A DNA stretch of 64,000 nucleotides from Squalus acanthias (taxonomy: Eukaryota). The DNA is taken from the NCBI GenBank assembly GCA_030390025.1, contig CM059433.1:29514001-29578000 (forward strand), read 5' to 3'. The notes below the pieces were generated by a model, which worked only from the letters and a program-made list of their open reading frames with translations, did no database searches and was not told where the DNA came from. The number at the start of each line of letters is the position of its first letter. Positions within the stretch are counted from its first letter, which is position 1. Position numbers and translations under genes: made by a program. Shown piece after piece: positions 61,408-64,000 of this stretch.

Positions 61408-61825
61408 TTCATTTATACAGCACCTTTCATGACCTCAGGGTGTCCCAAAGCGCTTTACAGCCAATGAAGTGCTGTCACTTTTGTAATGTAGGGAAATGTG
61501 GCAGCCAATTTGCACACAACAAGCTCCCAAAAATGTGATAATGACCCGATAGTGATTGTTTTAGTGATGTTGGTTGAGGGGTAAATATTGGCCAGGACAC
61601 TGGGGAGAACTCCCCAGCTCTTCTTTGAACTATGCCATAGAATCTTTTACACCCCACTGAGAGGGCAGATGGGGCCTCAGTTTAATATCTCAACTGAAAG
61701 CCGGCACCTTTCGACTGTCTAGCACTCCCTCAGCACTGCACTGGAGCGTCAGCCTGGATTTTGTGTTCAAGTCTCTGGAGTGAGTCTTCAACTCACGACC
61801 TTCTGACTCAGAGGCACAGCTGACA
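61408..61825 (-). mobile_element. tRNA-derived Deu-core SINE
   Basis: Reverse complement of 60473-60970. Confidence 0.82.
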
Positions 61826-62350
61826 CCTGACTTATGAGGCTTAGCTGTTCTATCGACAAACAGAGCCCATTCTCACAGTTCTGTTCGTCAACTCTGCAAT
61901 CTCCTGGTATTTAATCTCCCATCAATTCAATTTGCTGTGAAACTGAGCTGTCCCATGGGGCTGGATATTAGCACCGTGATTGCTGCAGAATTAAACTATA
62001 GGTTAAATAGCGCGCCAACATGCACTGTCAAAGGGTTTATGCACAAGATAAGAGTTTTGCAAGACATTTCTCTTCAGGATTCACGAAAAATAAACAGATT
62101 ACCTGATCATTATCACATTGCTGTTTGTGGGAGCTTGCTGAGCACAAATTAGAAGCTGTGTTTCCTATATTTCAACAGTGACTGCACTTCAAAAGTACTT
62201 CTATCACTGTAAGGTGCTTCGGGACCTCCTGAGGTCATGAAATGCACTATATAAATGCAAGTTATTTCTTTTCTTTATGATTCAGCCTCTTTAAAGAAAC
62301 AGATTTTACTTTCCTGTAACCTTTACAATCAAAATACACTGGACTGATCT

Positions 62351-62509
62351 GAACTCCCTGCCTAACAGCACTGTGGGAGCACCTTCACCACACGGACTGC
62401 AGCGGTCCAAGAAGGCGGCTCACCACCACCTTCTCAAGGGCAATTAGGGATGGGCAATAAATGCTGGCCTTGCCATCGACGCCCACATCCCGTGAATGAA
62501 TAAAAAAAA
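62351..62509 (+). mobile_element. Zenon-like LINE extreme 3' end
   Basis: Same 3' terminus as 11070-11228. Confidence 0.8.
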
Positions 62510-63092
62510 GTCCTCAACAAGTAGCAGAGTATGGCCTGAATGTTGCATAGTTACACTTGATGCAATATGGTTTGGCCTTATGTTGGCACTAACTTTGCGT
62601 TAATTCAGTTAAATCGCAGTTAAGCAGGAGGCGTGAAGCAAGCTCCAGGAGATAGTGTTACATTGCTTTGAATTAACACCTGTAGCCCAGTGCAAAGGAA
62701 GTTTAAAAAGTTCCTAATTGTTTGAATTGTACCAACTGTAGATTGGTTCAGCAAGGCAGCTACTACGGTGGCATCAGTAATTTTAATGATAGTACAACTA
62801 ATGAGGCAGTAAGTACAAACGATGGATTTGACCACAATCCTTTGGCGAACAGGCGATCATGTGTTGAAACTCCCTGCTCCTGTTCTGTCCTTCCCCCGTA
62901 AGGCGGTTCTTTATATACCCACAACTCCAGGCAGTGTCCACATACCCGTGGCATCATCCACCCTCAGTCAATCAGTGACACTGTAGCCCGTTTAACCCAT
63001 ATATGGACATGCTTACATTTTGTTCCTCCCTGACTCCTTTTCAGCAGTTTTCCGGTCGACACTACATCAAACAAACTGCAGTAAGGTAGTTA

Positions 63093-63662
63093 AGGGTACG
63101 GTAATGTAGTGGTTTATATAGGGTACGGTAGTGTAGTGGTTTATATAGGGTACGGTAATGTAGTGGTTATACTATATAGGAGTACGGTAGTGTAGTGGTT
63201 TATATAGGGTACGGTAGTGTAGTGGTTTATATAGGGTACGGTAATGTAGTGGTTATACTATATAGGAGTACGGTAGTGTAGTGGTTTATATAGGGTACGG
63301 TAGTGTAGTGGTTTATATAGGAGTACGGTCGTGTAGTGGTTTATATAGGGTACGGTAATGTAGTGGTTTATATAGGGTACGGTAGTGTAGTGGTTTATAT
63401 AGGGTACGGTAGTGTAGTGGTTTATATAGGGTACGGTAATGTAGTGGTTATACTATATAGGAGTACGGTAGTGTAGTGGTTTATATAGGGTACGGTAGTG
63501 TAGTGGTTTATATAGGAGTACGGTCGTGTAGTGGTTTATATAGGGTATGGTAGTGTAGTGGTTTATATAAGGATACGGTAATGTAGTGGTTTATATAGGG
63601 TACGGTAATGTAGTGGTTATACTATATAGGAGTACGGTCGTGTAGTGGTTTATATAGGGGTA
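63093..63662. repeat. Minisatellite, about 20 units of GGGTACGGTA(G/A)TGTAGTGGTTTATATA with longer variants
   Basis: Direct tandem units of about 28-33 bp with no spacers. Confidence 0.95.
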
Positions 63663-63675
63663 CAGTCATGTACTG

Positions 63676-64000
63676 CAGTGGTTCTCAAACTGGGGTCCAT
63701 GGTGATGTTCCGGGGGTCCGCGAAATATTGACCGATTATTCGTTGAAAAAGATCTCTGAAAAATTGCAGACTGTAAAAATGAACCAGTGCGGGTCGAGGA
63801 GGAGGCGGGACCAGAGTGTTCACGTTCGGGTTCCTTCCAATGACCTCATTGGTGTCTGTGGGAGGGGAGCGGAGGTTGGCTGGCTGGTAATGCGGCAAAG
63901 GGCGACGGAAAAATAGAAAAGTTTCGCCGGGAATCGGTAAGTTTTAAAGTTCAACCAAGGGTGAGTCGCCATCGTTTACCGCGAGTCTCCCGCTGGCTTC
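63676..64000 (+). mobile_element. Probable left end of a hAT (Charlie-like) DNA element, running off the window
   Basis: Begins CAGTGGTTCTCAAACT, a typical hAT terminus; the other end is not visible. Confidence 0.55.

Noticed and set aside
61957..62090. Further Harbinger MITE starting GGGGCTGGATATT
   Set aside because: Only one end is recognisable; no matching TIR or TSD was found
63093..63662. CRISPR-like array of ~28-bp repeats
   Set aside because: The units are head-to-tail with no unique spacers, there are no cas genes, and the context is eukaryotic

Overview
Eukaryotic, almost certainly cartilaginous-fish (shark/ray-type) genomic DNA, largely intronic and saturated with transposable elements; there are no prokaryotic genes and no CRISPR array. 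I can support one host exon (20673-20836, + strand, isoaspartyl peptidase/L-asparaginase, ASRGL1-like). The rest comprises a 4.4-kb pyrimidine-rich 9-mer satellite, many CR1, Zenon-like CR1-group, L2 and Tx1-like LINE fragments, tRNA-derived Deu-core SINEs, about 17 non-autonomous PIF/Harbinger elements (GG..CC ends, 3-bp TSDs, Myb/SANT relics), hAT MITEs, two Penelope-like 3' ends with hammerhead-ribozyme motifs, and a minisatellite near the end. The most notable object is a very young full-length Ty3/Gypsy element (43100-47610; identical 215-bp LTRs, GGTGT TSD). It has no tRNA primer-binding site. The PBS position instead holds a perfect 13-nt complement of a segment of its own LTR that includes the ATTAAA poly(A) signal, which suggests tRNA-independent self-priming. 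It also has non-canonical YLDN (RT) and DSC (protease) motifs, and a related solo LTR at 16231-16459 conserves the pairing segment. Family assignments come from motif recognition, not database searches, and LINE/SINE boundaries are approximate.
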